DNA of 40,608 bases from the IMG/VR virus record IMGVR_UViG_3300049016_000016, positions 1 through 40,608 of that record. One strand, 5' to 3'. A program made the position numbers and the translations under genes. The notes beneath the pieces are model-generated. The model did not search any database and was not told the origin of the DNA. It saw nothing but the letters and a program-made list of their open reading frames with translations. Origin of the DNA: a virus. Lineage: Duplodnaviria > Caudoviricetes. Below, piece after piece: positions 27,891 to 36,871 of this stretch (position 1 is its first letter; each line of letters starts with the position of its first letter).

Positions 27891-28366
27891 AGCTTCACTC
27901 CCGTGTCTTCAATGGTGAAATGACGCGGCGTCTTGTCCGCGTGCTTGTCCAGCATCGCCCCGGCTGCGGCGTTCATGCCGGCATAAAACGAGGTGGAGCG
28001 CGGCGGCCGGTCGTCGGCGCACATGCCCTGCATCTGGGCATCCCGCAGGACCGCCAGCGTGCACATGGCCTTGGTGATGTGGGACAGGCCGGAATCCGGG
28101 TCAATGTCCTCCCCCTCCCACCAGGCGATCATGTGGCGCATCAGCGCATCGAAGTACACCGACGCCCTCACTCCGGCGCAGCGGTAGTTGTGGCGCCCGT
28201 ACTTAGCCGCGCCCTCCAGCATCCCGACGCCCATCTCCACGATCACGCCCATGGGGACGGTCGATAGAGGAGCCTTGCGGGTGCCGATCATGTCCTTGGG
28301 GTTCGTGGCCTTGGTGTTGGGTAAGGCGTGGAACGTCAGGGCTTCATGGTTGTCTTCACGGTGCAT
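27887..28366 (-). CDS. dATP/dGTP diphosphohydrolase-domain protein (DUF5664-like)
   Basis: NPKD..G, GAAKYGRHNYR, ALMRH..AWWEGEDIDPDSGLSH motifs. Confidence 0.8.
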   Translation of the reverse strand: MHREDNHEALTFHALPNTKATNPKDMIGTRKAPLSTVPMGVIVEMGVGMLEGAAKYGRHNYRCAGVRASVYFDALMRHMIAWWEGEDIDPDSGLSHITKAMCTLAVLRDAQMQGMCADDRPPRSTSFYAGMNAAAGAMLDKHADKTPRHFTIEDTGVKL

Positions 28367-28539
28367 CAGTGCGCCTCCTTTCCGGGCTCCTTCGGCATCT
28401 CCGACAGAGTTGCTGTCACGGATACCTCTACGCCTCGGGAGTACGCCCAGCCATAGAAGCGCTGAGCGACCGCGTCCGTTGACTCGGGAGGCAAGGGCTT
28501 CTTATGGGTGATCTTCAGCACAATGATTGTTTCGGTCAT
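28366..28539 (-). CDS. Hypothetical protein, 57 aa
   Basis: Manual translation MTETIIVLKITHKK...; coupled at both ends. Confidence 0.5.
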   Translation of the reverse strand: MTETIIVLKITHKKPLPPESTDAVAQRFYGWAYSRGVEVSVTATLSEMPKEPGKEAH

Positions 28540-28733
28540 CGCTTCACCTTCGGTTCGTAGGGCTTGCAGTAGCCGGGAGGGATGTTGAAAACCTGCTCCG
28601 GATTCACAGGCTCCCGCGCGTCGATCTCATGCCCGTTCTCTTTGCCGTACAGCAGCTTTGCTTCCGGGAATTGAGCGCGGAACTCATCGAAGATCGCGGC
28701 CACGGTGGGCATACGTGAGCGGATGGAACTCAT
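28536..28733 (-). CDS. Hypothetical protein, 65 aa
   Basis: ATGA overlap with the primase-helicase stop. Confidence 0.6.
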   Translation of the reverse strand: MSSIRSRMPTVAAIFDEFRAQFPEAKLLYGKENGHEIDAREPVNPEQVFNIPPGYCKPYEPKVKR

Positions 28734-30508
28734 GCCGGCTCCCTCGCTTGCTCAAACGAGACGTAGGCCACCGTGTGCAGGGCGCGCTTTTGCGCGCGGA
28801 ACTGCATGGAGCCCTTGTTGAACCAGAGCCACTGCGAGTAGTTCTGCGCGTCGCCGTTGCGCTGCTTCTTCAGTTCCAGCTTGGCGTCGGGCTTCTCCGG
28901 GTCGTAGTCCTCGGATTCGTCCTTCTGTGCGCGCCACACGGTGAACACGTTGTCTGCGCCATCCGTGATCTTCCCGCTGCCCGCAACGTCCATCTTTCCG
29001 GGTCCGGCGCTCTCGTCCTTTCCCTTGCGTGGGTGGGCCACTAGGTGGACATGCACGCCGGTTCGCTTAGCGAAGTCACACAGAGCGCGGATGGCTTCCT
29101 TCTGCGCCGTCATCGCTCCAGGGCCGTCTTCCGGTACGTCGGTCATCATCAGGCTGTCGATCACGACATGGGAAACCCCATATCGCTTCTGCGCATAGGC
29201 GAACACCTCCAGCAGCCGTTTGATTGCAGCACTGCCGGACTGATTGAAGATGAAGCAGCGATGCCTGACCCACTCCGTCACCTCATCGATGTAGGCCGGC
29301 GTCGGCATGTCAAGCCCAGTCGCCTGCTTGGTCATCCGCTTGAGCAGGTATTCCGGAGTCATCTCGCCGGAAAAGATGCAGAAGCGCTCCCCCTGCTTCA
29401 TCAGCCCGAGCTGCACTTGGGAGAGGAACAGGCTCTTGCCATGGCCGTTGAAGCCCGTCCAGACGGTCAGTTCACCCGGGCGAAATTCAAACCAGCCGAA
29501 ACGCTGATCCAGCTCCAACACAGGAAATGACGGCGCACCATGCGACGGGTAGAACATGGCCTTGACGCGGGCCATGAAGTCGGCCGCAGACCTCAGCTCC
29601 TCCGGGTCTTGGCTCTTGGCCGTGCGTGCAGCTTCTTGGAACTGCTCCGGCGTGGCGCCGTCCTGCAACCACTGGTTAGCGTCCTTCGCCCCGACCCGCA
29701 TGCGCCGGCACCGATCCAGGCCAAGGCGGTTGATGACCTCGCTTGCGCCTTTGTCCCCTGCTTCGTCGTTGTCGAAGCAGATCAGGATTTCTGAGAACCG
29801 CTCCAGCCGTTCCCAATCGTTCTCGATCCACTGGTGATTCCCGGCCCCAGCGTTGACAGACAGCGCCGGCAAACCGACCTGGTGCAGCGTCATAGCGTCG
29901 ATTTCGCCCTCGGCAATCACCACGCGGCGGGCCTTAGGTTCGATCAGGTGCCAGCCGAAAAGGCACGGCTCGGCGTCCTTCTCCTGCTGCATCCCCTTCT
30001 TGTCCGCAGGATTGCGGTACTTGCCGTTGACGTAAACGCCATCCCGCAGGTAAGGGAACAGCGCCCACGGCTGCCCGCCGCGCGAAACTTCGCGGATCTT
30101 GAACGACTCGATGGTTTCGGAGGTGATCCCGCGACCGGCCAGCCAGTCCAGAGTTTTGGATGGAAGCGCGGCCTTCGGCTTGGCTGGTACAGCGTAGGTG
30201 CGCTCAGACTTCACCGACATAGAGTCGCGGATGCCAAGGTGGGATTTGGCTTCGGCCAGCGCTTCACCGATGGACAGGCCGCGAACCGCCGCCCACAGGT
30301 CCAGCAAGTCTCCACCCTCTCCGCTCTCAAAGTCCTTCCAGACGCCAGCCTTGGGGCCAGTCAGGCGCACCGACAGGGAGCCTCCTGCCTCACCGCCCGT
30401 GCTGCCAGCCTTCCACTCGCCAGCGGCCTTCTTGCCGTTCGGCAACAGGTAAGAGGCAACGGATGCGGCTTCAGATGCAAGGCGCTTGGAGATGTCTGCT
30501 GCGTTCAT
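28730..30508 (-). CDS. TOPRIM primase fused to DnaB/T7 gp4-like helicase
   Basis: EGEIDA and FDNDEAG (TOPRIM); GFNGHGKS Walker A, VVIDSL, HLVAHPRK, GSGKITDGADN. Confidence 0.92.
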   Translation of the reverse strand: MNAADISKRLASEAASVASYLLPNGKKAAGEWKAGSTGGEAGGSLSVRLTGPKAGVWKDFESGEGGDLLDLWAAVRGLSIGEALAEAKSHLGIRDSMSVKSERTYAVPAKPKAALPSKTLDWLAGRGITSETIESFKIREVSRGGQPWALFPYLRDGVYVNGKYRNPADKKGMQQEKDAEPCLFGWHLIEPKARRVVIAEGEIDAMTLHQVGLPALSVNAGAGNHQWIENDWERLERFSEILICFDNDEAGDKGASEVINRLGLDRCRRMRVGAKDANQWLQDGATPEQFQEAARTAKSQDPEELRSAADFMARVKAMFYPSHGAPSFPVLELDQRFGWFEFRPGELTVWTGFNGHGKSLFLSQVQLGLMKQGERFCIFSGEMTPEYLLKRMTKQATGLDMPTPAYIDEVTEWVRHRCFIFNQSGSAAIKRLLEVFAYAQKRYGVSHVVIDSLMMTDVPEDGPGAMTAQKEAIRALCDFAKRTGVHVHLVAHPRKGKDESAGPGKMDVAGSGKITDGADNVFTVWRAQKDESEDYDPEKPDAKLELKKQRNGDAQNYSQWLWFNKGSMQFRAQKRALHTVAYVSFEQAREPA

Positions 30509-31272
30509 TCTTCCTCCGTGGTTCGTTTTCCATCGCGAAACTGCGAGGCGTTGTGTTGGCGGCAGCCGGCGTTCTCAGCCTCGTAGCGGTCAGCAAAGCC
30601 GGCCTCTTCCCACCAGTCGCCGGCATTCGCGCCGGACCCGTCTTCCCAACGACGGTTGTTGATGTAGACCTCCGGGGCCTCGATGAAGCCTTCGGTCCAT
30701 TTCTTCGTGCCCCGCTTGGCCTTTACGTCCGCCAGGATCACGTCCGCCACGGAGTCCAGATCGGCCTTCACCCACTTCTCACGGCACTTGCCCTTGTCCT
30801 GCTTTCGGTCGTTCTTCGGCCATGAAAGCCAGAATTCTTCAAACCTCTCGCCCCCCGGAATATCTTTCCCTTCCTTTCCCTTCCCTTCCCTTCCTCCCTG
30901 TGCGTCACTGTCCCGTGCCTGACGCGTGCCGACGCGTGGAGCACGCGTGTTTGACGCGTCAGGATCTGGAAGCTGGGAAACGGATTCGCGTGGGTTGATG
31001 TGCTGGTGAGCCTTGAAGGCAGGGATGTAGGCGTATCCGGTGCCGTACAAGACAACCAACTTGGCGTCGGTCAGCTCCTGACACAGGGCCGTAACGTCGC
31101 AGTTGTCGCCCGGCAGATACCGCAGCTTGAAAGTCGCGGGCTTCCAGACCAACCGACCCTCCTTGTCGGCCTCGCACCAGAGCGCGATGTAAAGCAGGCG
31201 GGCATACGGCGTCAGTCCGACGATGTCCTCGCTGGTGAAAAACTCCGGCTTGATCGTTCTTATGCGGGCCAC
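30505..31272 (-). CDS. Phage replication initiator / replisome organizer
   Basis: MARIRTIKPEFF, ADKEGR, FEEFWLSWP, YINNRRWED motifs; internal purine-rich GGGAA repeats near 30866-30898. Confidence 0.8.
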   Translation of the reverse strand: MARIRTIKPEFFTSEDIVGLTPYARLLYIALWCEADKEGRLVWKPATFKLRYLPGDNCDVTALCQELTDAKLVVLYGTGYAYIPAFKAHQHINPRESVSQLPDPDASNTRAPRVGTRQARDSDAQGGREGKGKEGKDIPGGERFEEFWLSWPKNDRKQDKGKCREKWVKADLDSVADVILADVKAKRGTKKWTEGFIEAPEVYINNRRWEDGSGANAGDWWEEAGFADRYEAENAGCRQHNASQFRDGKRTTEEE

Positions 31273-31365
31273 TTGGTCCCCTCATAGGCCAGCGCCCAGC
31301 GGACATGCCGCAGCGAGCGATGGCGCACCGCAATACAAATGAAGCGCCAGCAGTAATGCAGGCGG

Positions 31366-31713
31366 TTAGACAAGGCCGCGAGCCTCTTCCAGCTTCGCCA
31401 CGTACTCAGGCGAACGCCCCGCAATCAGCAGCTCCATGAGCCGCCTGGCGCGATCCGCGTCACCGCGAGCAGCAAAGCAGCCAGAGCGGGCGAACTCGGC
31501 CATGTGGCGCTCTACGGCCCTGGCGCAGCGGGAAATGGCTTCCTCGCGCGTTTCGTCATCGAGAGGTTTGTCACAGTCGCTCATGGGTGGAAGCTCCCCG
31601 TTTCCGACTCTTTCCTCCCGCTGAGCTACCGGAGAGGTGACGCAGGGGCTAAGCTGTGCGAACGTAGGGGAATTGCTTACCGGAAATTTGGAGGCTGAAA
31701 AAGGGGCGCTCAT
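31366..31713 (-). CDS. Hypothetical protein (start could be 31584)
   Basis: ORF coupled to the methylase stop; ends RSPEYVAKLEEARGL. Confidence 0.5.
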   Translation of the reverse strand: MSAPFSASKFPVSNSPTFAQLSPCVTSPVAQREERVGNGELPPMSDCDKPLDDETREEAISRCARAVERHMAEFARSGCFAARGDADRARRLMELLIAGRSPEYVAKLEEARGLV

Positions 31714-32798
31714 GCGGCCTCCGCTTGTGTGAACAGATCGCCAATCAGGGCGATCTCGGGAACGCAGTGCGGTGAGCACCACAGGGTTTCGCTTGCGCTG
31801 TTCTCCATGGCTTCCTCTGTGACGGCGTAGCCCTTGCGGGCGGTCCAGGTTCGGATGTGCCAGCCATGGGCCAGAAGCCCGTCATGCTCCCCGGCGTGGC
31901 CGCACAGGACGACGCGCAGCTTTGGGTCCGCCCCATTCGCCGCGCACCATGCCTGCACCTCGCGCGCGAGATCCCCGCCGACGCCACCGGCGCTGTAGTC
32001 CATCTCGCCCTTCGTGTAGGGCGGGTCCAGGAATATGGCGGTCAGGCCGTGGCGAGTCGTGACCGAATCCTTCACCACCCGGCTCCAGTCGCCGCAGGTA
32101 ACGCGCACGTCACGCATGCGGGCCTGCAGCGTGGAGAACCACTCGTGGATGTAGGCGGCGCGCGGAAGCGCGTTGACGCCCTGGCCGGCGCTTAGATGCG
32201 GGAGCTTGCGGTTGACGCCCCGGCCGGCGTCACCGAGATGCGGGAGCTTGCGGTTGACGCCCTGGCCGGCGTCACCGAGATGCGGGAGCTTGCGGTTGAC
32301 GCCCTGGCCGGCGTTGCCGAGATGCGGGAGCTGGCGCATGTCCACCAATCTCTCGCCGTCGTGCACCCACGGCCCGATTCCCGAGCACCAGCCCGACCCG
32401 ATCCAGTTGCACGCACCCCAGCACCACCATCCGGCAATCTTAGCGTCATACCACTCCGGGTCACCGTGCAAGCCGTCCAGCAGGACCGCCCGCTGCCGCA
32501 CCAGCCAGGAGTGCCGAGCGAACAGGTCGGCCTCGTTCGTCGGCCAGTCAGCATGCGCGGCTACCGCCTCGGCGTTATGGCTCACCGCGCGCCAAAAGTT
32601 GGCCACGAAGCCGTCCGCGTCGTTGATCGTCTCCACCCGTTTTCCGTCCGGTGCGCCGAGCAACATCGCGGCCGAGCCGGCGAAGGGCTCCACGTAATTG
32701 TCCACTCGCCCGAAGGCGGCCCACACGGTTTCGCAGGCGAGCGCCTTGCCGCCGAACCAGGGGAACGGGGCCGCGAGCGTTCCAGCGAGAGATTTCAT
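31710..32798 (-). CDS. DNA adenine methyltransferase (Dam/D12 class)
   Basis: PFPWFGGK, YVEPFAGS, IND and DPPY motifs. Confidence 0.88.
   Translation of the reverse strand: MKSLAGTLAAPFPWFGGKALACETVWAAFGRVDNYVEPFAGSAAMLLGAPDGKRVETINDADGFVANFWRAVSHNAEAVAAHADWPTNEADLFARHSWLVRQRAVLLDGLHGDPEWYDAKIAGWWCWGACNWIGSGWCSGIGPWVHDGERLVDMRQLPHLGNAGQGVNRKLPHLGDAGQGVNRKLPHLGDAGRGVNRKLPHLSAGQGVNALPRAAYIHEWFSTLQARMRDVRVTCGDWSRVVKDSVTTRHGLTAIFLDPPYTKGEMDYSAGGVGGDLAREVQAWCAANGADPKLRVVLCGHAGEHDGLLAHGWHIRTWTARKGYAVTEEAMENSASETLWCSPHCVPEIALIGDLFTQAEAA
32172..32332 (-). repeat. Coding tandem repeat, about 4 units of 42 bp (LPHLGDAGQGVNRK)
   Basis: GTTGACGCC recurs at 32172, 32211, 32253 and 32295 (periods 39, 42, 42). 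Confidence 0.95.
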
Positions 32799-33178
32799 AC
32801 CGTCTCCGCCTTGAGGGAGGCCAGCATCTGCAGCAGCTCGGGGACGGTGCCTTCCAGCTTCGCCAGCAAGCGGGCCTTTCGGGCTTCGGGCGTGTCCATG
32901 AACTTCGCGGCCAGGTACTCGATCACGGCAGCAGCCTCGCCAGTGCTCTTGATCCAGTCTTCCAAGTCGTCGCAATTCATGCGCTGGGTGTCACCCTCAG
33001 CCGGGTTCAGCTTGCGCGTGAGCGTGCTGGGTGCCATGTCCATGTCTGCCGCTTGGGTCTTCAGCGACTTGTGCGTCAGGCTTGCGCGGTGCGCGATATA
33101 GGAGCGCAGAGTGGGGAAGCGATCAGGGAGCGCTGGCTCAAAAGAGAGAGTCATCTGGGCCGGAGAAAGTGATGGCAT
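32795..33178 (-). CDS. CII-like regulatory protein
   Basis: AADMDMAPSTLTRKLNP HTH; position after cro. Confidence 0.6.
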   Translation of the reverse strand: MPSLSPAQMTLSFEPALPDRFPTLRSYIAHRASLTHKSLKTQAADMDMAPSTLTRKLNPAEGDTQRMNCDDLEDWIKSTGEAAAVIEYLAAKFMDTPEARKARLLAKLEGTVPELLQMLASLKAETV

Positions 33179-33337
33179 GCTGCGTTTCCGTCTATTGCCG
33201 TCTCAGCGCGAGACAAAAAAAGGACGATTCGTGCCATGAACTGCAGCACGCAAGAAAAAGAAGCACCCCGAGGCATTGCGGCCCCGGGGCGTAAAGACGC
33301 GGGTAGCGTCGTCCCTGGAGGAAATCTGGGCGGACAT

Positions 33338-33700
33338 TTACGCAGCCTCCTGCGGGCGCCACACGCTGTCGTAGGCGCGTCCACGCTTCAGGTTGCAAGA
33401 CCGGCAGATCGGCACTACGTCAAGAGGCTTGGTGTAGTCGCGGTGCTCGTATTCGGAGGCGGGCTTGGCGCAGTCAGTGCAGGTCAGCGTCTTGGCATGG
33501 GGCAGATCGCCACGTCTCACCGCCCCTCGGCACAGAGCGCCAGCACGTTGACCCTCTTCAAAGCTGCGGCGGGCGCAGCGGCGGCAGAACCCTTGGTTGT
33601 ATCCCCGGCGGTCAAGCGCGGTGTACCTGTCTCCGCAGCACTTGCAAGTGAAGTCCAGGTCGTATTGATCGGCGGCGCAGGCCCTAACGGCATGGGTCAT
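33338..33700 (-). CDS. Zinc-finger / HNH-like protein
   Basis: CxxC pairs and HRDYTKPLDVVPICRSCN. Confidence 0.6.
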   Translation of the reverse strand: MTHAVRACAADQYDLDFTCKCCGDRYTALDRRGYNQGFCRRCARRSFEEGQRAGALCRGAVRRGDLPHAKTLTCTDCAKPASEYEHRDYTKPLDVVPICRSCNLKRGRAYDSVWRPQEAA

Positions 33701-33703
33701 CGG

Positions 33704-33985
33704 TCAGCCCTTGCAGCTCGGATCAATAGACTGGCTGAAGTCGCTTTCGTCTTCAGTGGACGCGGGGTTGCGCAGAACCGCCCAATTCACATCGGGCCGC
33801 AGCTCCTCGCACCGGACGCCGGTCAGCGCCTCAATATCGGGGCATACTGCAACCGGCACTCCTTCAAGCATCCAGCGAGAAACGGCCGCCTTTTTGCGAC
33901 CCAAGGCCTGAGCCAGAGTGGTCTGGTTTCCATGGGCCTTGCACGCTCGCTTGAGCGCTTCCTGAGGGGTAGCTGAAGTGTTCAT
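33704..33985 (-). CDS. cro: Cro-like repressor (YdaS family)
   Basis: GNQTTLAQALG...VSRW and CPDIEALTGVRCEELRPDVNW; divergent from the repressor. Confidence 0.85.
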   Translation of the reverse strand: MNTSATPQEALKRACKAHGNQTTLAQALGRKKAAVSRWMLEGVPVAVCPDIEALTGVRCEELRPDVNWAVLRNPASTEDESDFSQSIDPSCKG

Positions 33986-33986
33986 G

Positions 33987-34026
33987 GTCTCGCATTACTA
34001 TACATCCAAGTCTCTGAATGCGAGAC
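33987..34026. promoter_or_regulatory. Operator-like inverted repeat GTCTCGCATT-N20-AATGCGAGAC between cro and the repressor
   Basis: Perfect 10-bp inverted repeat; 34012-34026 recurs as its reverse complement at 35163-35177. Confidence 0.65.
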
Positions 34027-34067
34027 TACATACTAGTAATGAGCCACGTCCGCCTTATGCTTTCCGG

Positions 34068-34439
34068 ATGGGGTTCAAGGACCGTTTGGCCGAGGCACGT
34101 AAGGCGAAAGGCTTCAGTCAGGAAGTCTTAGGCGCCCACCTCGGCATGTCCAAGCAGGGGATCTCGCATTGGGAGGCGGGGCGCTACACCCCTGACATTG
34201 AGCAGCTAGTCAAGCTTTGCGAGGTTTTGGAGTGCTCTGCAGACTGGCTGGTCCTAGGGAAGTCTCCCGAGGGTCTATCGCCAGACGCAATCGAACAGGG
34301 CCGGTTCTTCTCCCGTCTGAGCGATGGTGGCAAGAAAAAATGGCGCACCATGCGACTGCTGTTCGTGGATGGCGCATCGGATCTGACTGTGGAAGCCAAG
34401 ATGCCAGCCACCCGCAAGCGCGAGTTTCACAACAAGTGA
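34068..34439 (+). CDS. CI-like Xre repressor (probably leaderless; no S24 peptidase domain)
   Basis: RLAEARKAKGFSQEVLG...ISHWEAG...SADWLVLG; TATGCT ends 6 nt before the ATG and there is no SD. Confidence 0.8.
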   Translation: MGFKDRLAEARKAKGFSQEVLGAHLGMSKQGISHWEAGRYTPDIEQLVKLCEVLECSADWLVLGKSPEGLSPDAIEQGRFFSRLSDGGKKKWRTMRLLFVDGASDLTVEAKMPATRKREFHNK

Positions 34440-34636
34440 TAGCTAACCTGGCTTATGCACTGCTGGCGCTGGCATGGGCCTTATTGATGTCCACCCTGCT
34501 CATGGGTTCAGACATCCAAACCCCGGAATTTTGGGGGTTCGCCCTGTTCGCCTTCAGCTTTGCGGCCGCCTTCGTTGGAGCCACATGGATCGCCCTGAGA
34601 TGGGGTCATCAGGACGACGAGCCGAGCAGCTGGTAA
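34436..34636 (+). CDS. Two-TM membrane protein co-transcribed with the repressor
   Basis: GTGA overlap with the repressor stop; two hydrophobic helices. Confidence 0.6.
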   Translation: MIANLAYALLALAWALLMSTLLMGSDIQTPEFWGFALFAFSFAAAFVGATWIALRWGHQDDEPSSW

Positions 34637-34654
34637 CACTGTTCGTACAAGCTG

Positions 34655-34927
34655 CTACTGACGGCCGGCCCTGGAGAAAGCGTCCCGTAAGGTTTCCGGG
34701 ACCATGTGCGTGCCGAACAAGACGTAATCGGCCGACACCCCATAGATGAGCACCAAGTCTGCGAGCTGGTAGGCATTCAGCTTAGTCCGGCCCGTTTCCC
34801 AAGAGGAAATGGCCTGCTTGGTAACCCTGAGTTCGTGAGCAACGTCCCCCAGGGACAGTCTTGCCCCCAGCCGGCACTCGCGTAACCGGCTGCCGATCTC
34901 CACCTTCCTTGTCTCCATCCTCGGCAT
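34655..34927 (-). CDS. Second Xre-family HTH regulator
   Basis: IGSRLRECR...VTKQAISSWETG...VSADYVLFG. Confidence 0.8.
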   Translation of the reverse strand: MPRMETRKVEIGSRLRECRLGARLSLGDVAHELRVTKQAISSWETGRTKLNAYQLADLVLIYGVSADYVLFGTHMVPETLRDAFSRAGRQ

Positions 34928-35222
34928 AAACAGCAGCCGCTACTTCCTGCCTGGTTGGGCCTTCATTCTCGCCAGCAAACGTCAACCGTGCGTTAACCCG
35001 TCAACTAGCACCTTGAACGGTAGAGCTTGCGCCTGTTGACGGATCGACATCCACCCTCTGTTGACGCCCCAAATTGGGTACGTAAACGGAAGTAACCACA
35101 ACGTTTGCGCCGCAGCTCGACAGTGTGAGCTACTGCACAAGCTCAGCAGTTCTTATGCGCCTGTCTCGCATTCAGAGGCAGAGCATATGGCGAATCTGTC
35201 TGAAAAAAAAGTATCGCTTTCC

Positions 35223-35251
35223 TTGACCTGAATGTCTCTGTTGGCGATACT
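35223..35251 (+). promoter_or_regulatory. pL-like early promoter TTGACC-N17-GATACT
   Basis: Near-consensus sigma70 promoter resembling lambda pL (TTGACA-N17-GATACT); operator copy at 35163-35177. Confidence 0.7.
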
Positions 35252-35286
35252 TCTCTCCATCGCAACCGAATGCATGGAGAAACGAG

Positions 35287-35610
35287 ATGGCGAAGCACAC
35301 CCCAGCGCCGTGGGATTGGTACTGGCGGCAAGAGGATGGCGAGGCAGTCTGCGGCGTATTCCATGAGTCCCGCCCAGGCATGGCGTACTCGGTGTGTCGC
35401 GCGCCTCGCTATCAAACGCGCCAGCAGTGGGAAGCGGACGCCCGCCTGATCTCGGCGGCGCCTGACCTTTATGACGCAGCCGACAACGCCCTCAATGCGC
35501 TGATTGCCTGCTGCGTTCCTGCTGGCGGTGTTGATGACCGCAAAGCGATCTTGGATGCGCAGGCAATGCTTCGCGCCGCCATCGCCAAGGCCACCGGGAG
35601 CGCGCAATGA
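35287..35610 (+). CDS. Hypothetical early protein (HTPxPW...ARLIxAAPDL family)
   Basis: GGAG RBS; common phage motif. Confidence 0.75.
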   Translation: MAKHTPAPWDWYWRQEDGEAVCGVFHESRPGMAYSVCRAPRYQTRQQWEADARLISAAPDLYDAADNALNALIACCVPAGGVDDRKAILDAQAMLRAAIAKATGSAQ

Positions 35611-35795
35611 ACCGCCACATGCACCGCGTCGCCCTGCGCTATCCGAGGACCGCAGCAGAGGCCTTCCGCGGCCCCGACTACGCAGATCCGATTGACCGGC
35701 CGCCGGGCCGCTCCCTTCTGGCTTCGCCGGCCTTCTGGATTGGTGGGGCGATCAGCGTGCTGTTCTGGCTCCTTGCTTGGAGGATTGCAGCATGA
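35607..35795 (+). CDS. Small membrane protein
   Basis: YPRTAAEAF motif, C-terminal TM, ATGA coupling. Confidence 0.65.
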   Translation: MNRHMHRVALRYPRTAAEAFRGPDYADPIDRPPGRSLLASPAFWIGGAISVLFWLLAWRIAA

Positions 35796-36157
35796 ACGCC
35801 GAAGAAATCTTCGCGCAGATTGATGCCGCCAAGGCGAAGCGTGCCGAGCAAATGCCGACAGAGCGGGACGCCATCCGCGCGATGTTCGACGCATGGCAGC
35901 GCCTCCAGGAGTTGGGATGGCGTGACGGCCAATACATGCCATCAAACGGCGAACGCCACGCTGGCATCCAGTGCGGATCTACCGGCATCCACGCCTACAC
36001 GGCCGAACTGCGCGGCCCCTTTGACCGGATGTTCACTATCTATGACGGCGACCACTGGCCAACGCGTATCCCGCCCGTGCTGTTCCGGCCATGGGAGGAC
36101 ACCGACGTTCAGGCGGAGCTTCGCCCTGCCTACCCGATGCCGGAGGAGTCCACATGA
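35792..36157 (+). CDS. Hypothetical protein
   Basis: GGAGG RBS; AWQRLQELGW motif; coupled. Confidence 0.7.
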   Translation: MNAEEIFAQIDAAKAKRAEQMPTERDAIRAMFDAWQRLQELGWRDGQYMPSNGERHAGIQCGSTGIHAYTAELRGPFDRMFTIYDGDHWPTRIPPVLFRPWEDTDVQAELRPAYPMPEEST

Positions 36158-36378
36158 ACTGCTGCACCCAGGCCAAGTTCGATTGCGCGCAAGGCCGCCT
36201 TTGCCCTCTCCGCGAGGCCCACAAGCGTGGCTTCGTTGCCCCGCGCCCTCCCCAGCCCGAGGAATCCAGCGAGCCCGATCACTGGAGCAAGCCGGCGCTG
36301 TGGATCTTGGGTGCGGCCGCACTCGCTTGTCTCGCTGCTGCTCTGTGTGGCATCGCCCTGACCATCCCGTTTAACTGA
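36154..36378 (+). CDS. Small Cys-rich membrane protein
   Basis: MNCC...CAQGRLCPLR plus C-terminal TM. Confidence 0.65.
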   Translation: MNCCTQAKFDCAQGRLCPLREAHKRGFVAPRPPQPEESSEPDHWSKPALWILGAAALACLAAALCGIALTIPFN

Positions 36379-36391
36379 CAAGGACACCGAC

Positions 36392-36601
36392 GTGAACGAC
36401 GAGAACACCTACACCTTCTTCAGCACTCCGCACTTCGTCATCAGCGTGAACGAGCACAAGGACGCGCCGGCGTGCCTGCTGGTGCGCGTGAGCAGCCAGG
36501 CCGTGCTTTCTCTCGGGTTCGATGTGTCGCCCGAGGATGCGCTGAAGCTGGCCGAAGCGCTCACGAAGCACGCCAAGGCTTTGCAGGGAGCGAAGGAATG
36601 A
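36392..36601 (+). CDS. Hypothetical protein
   Basis: AAGGA RBS, GTG start. Confidence 0.6.
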   Translation: MNDENTYTFFSTPHFVISVNEHKDAPACLLVRVSSQAVLSLGFDVSPEDALKLAEALTKHAKALQGAKE

Positions 36602-36870
36602 ACACGCACATGCCAACCGTCGTTACGGTGCCGCGATCTACCTCCCATCCGACCGTCGTTGAGCCCTTTGGGTTTCCGATGGAATGCGAGTACGACTATG
36701 ACGGGGGCGAGCCAACCATCTGGTGGCCGACCGAACTTGCCCACCCAGGCGCCCCGCCGAACGTCCAACTGCTTGTCTGCAAGGTGGGCGGGCAAAACAT
36801 CTACGACATGCTTACCCTGGATCAGGTTGAGCGCATCGAGGAATCCATCCTCGACCAACTGGAGCGATAA
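36598..36870 (+). CDS. Hypothetical protein
   Basis: ATGA-coupled acidic 90-aa ORF. Confidence 0.6.
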   Translation: MNTHMPTVVTVPRSTSHPTVVEPFGFPMECEYDYDGGEPTIWWPTELAHPGAPPNVQLLVCKVGGQNIYDMLTLDQVERIEESILDQLER

Positions 36871-36871
36871 C

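Noticed and set aside
32172-32332. Tandem repeat as CRISPR or DGR template/variable repeat
   Set aside because: There are no spacers, differences are not adenine-specific, and no reverse transcriptase is visible in the genome.
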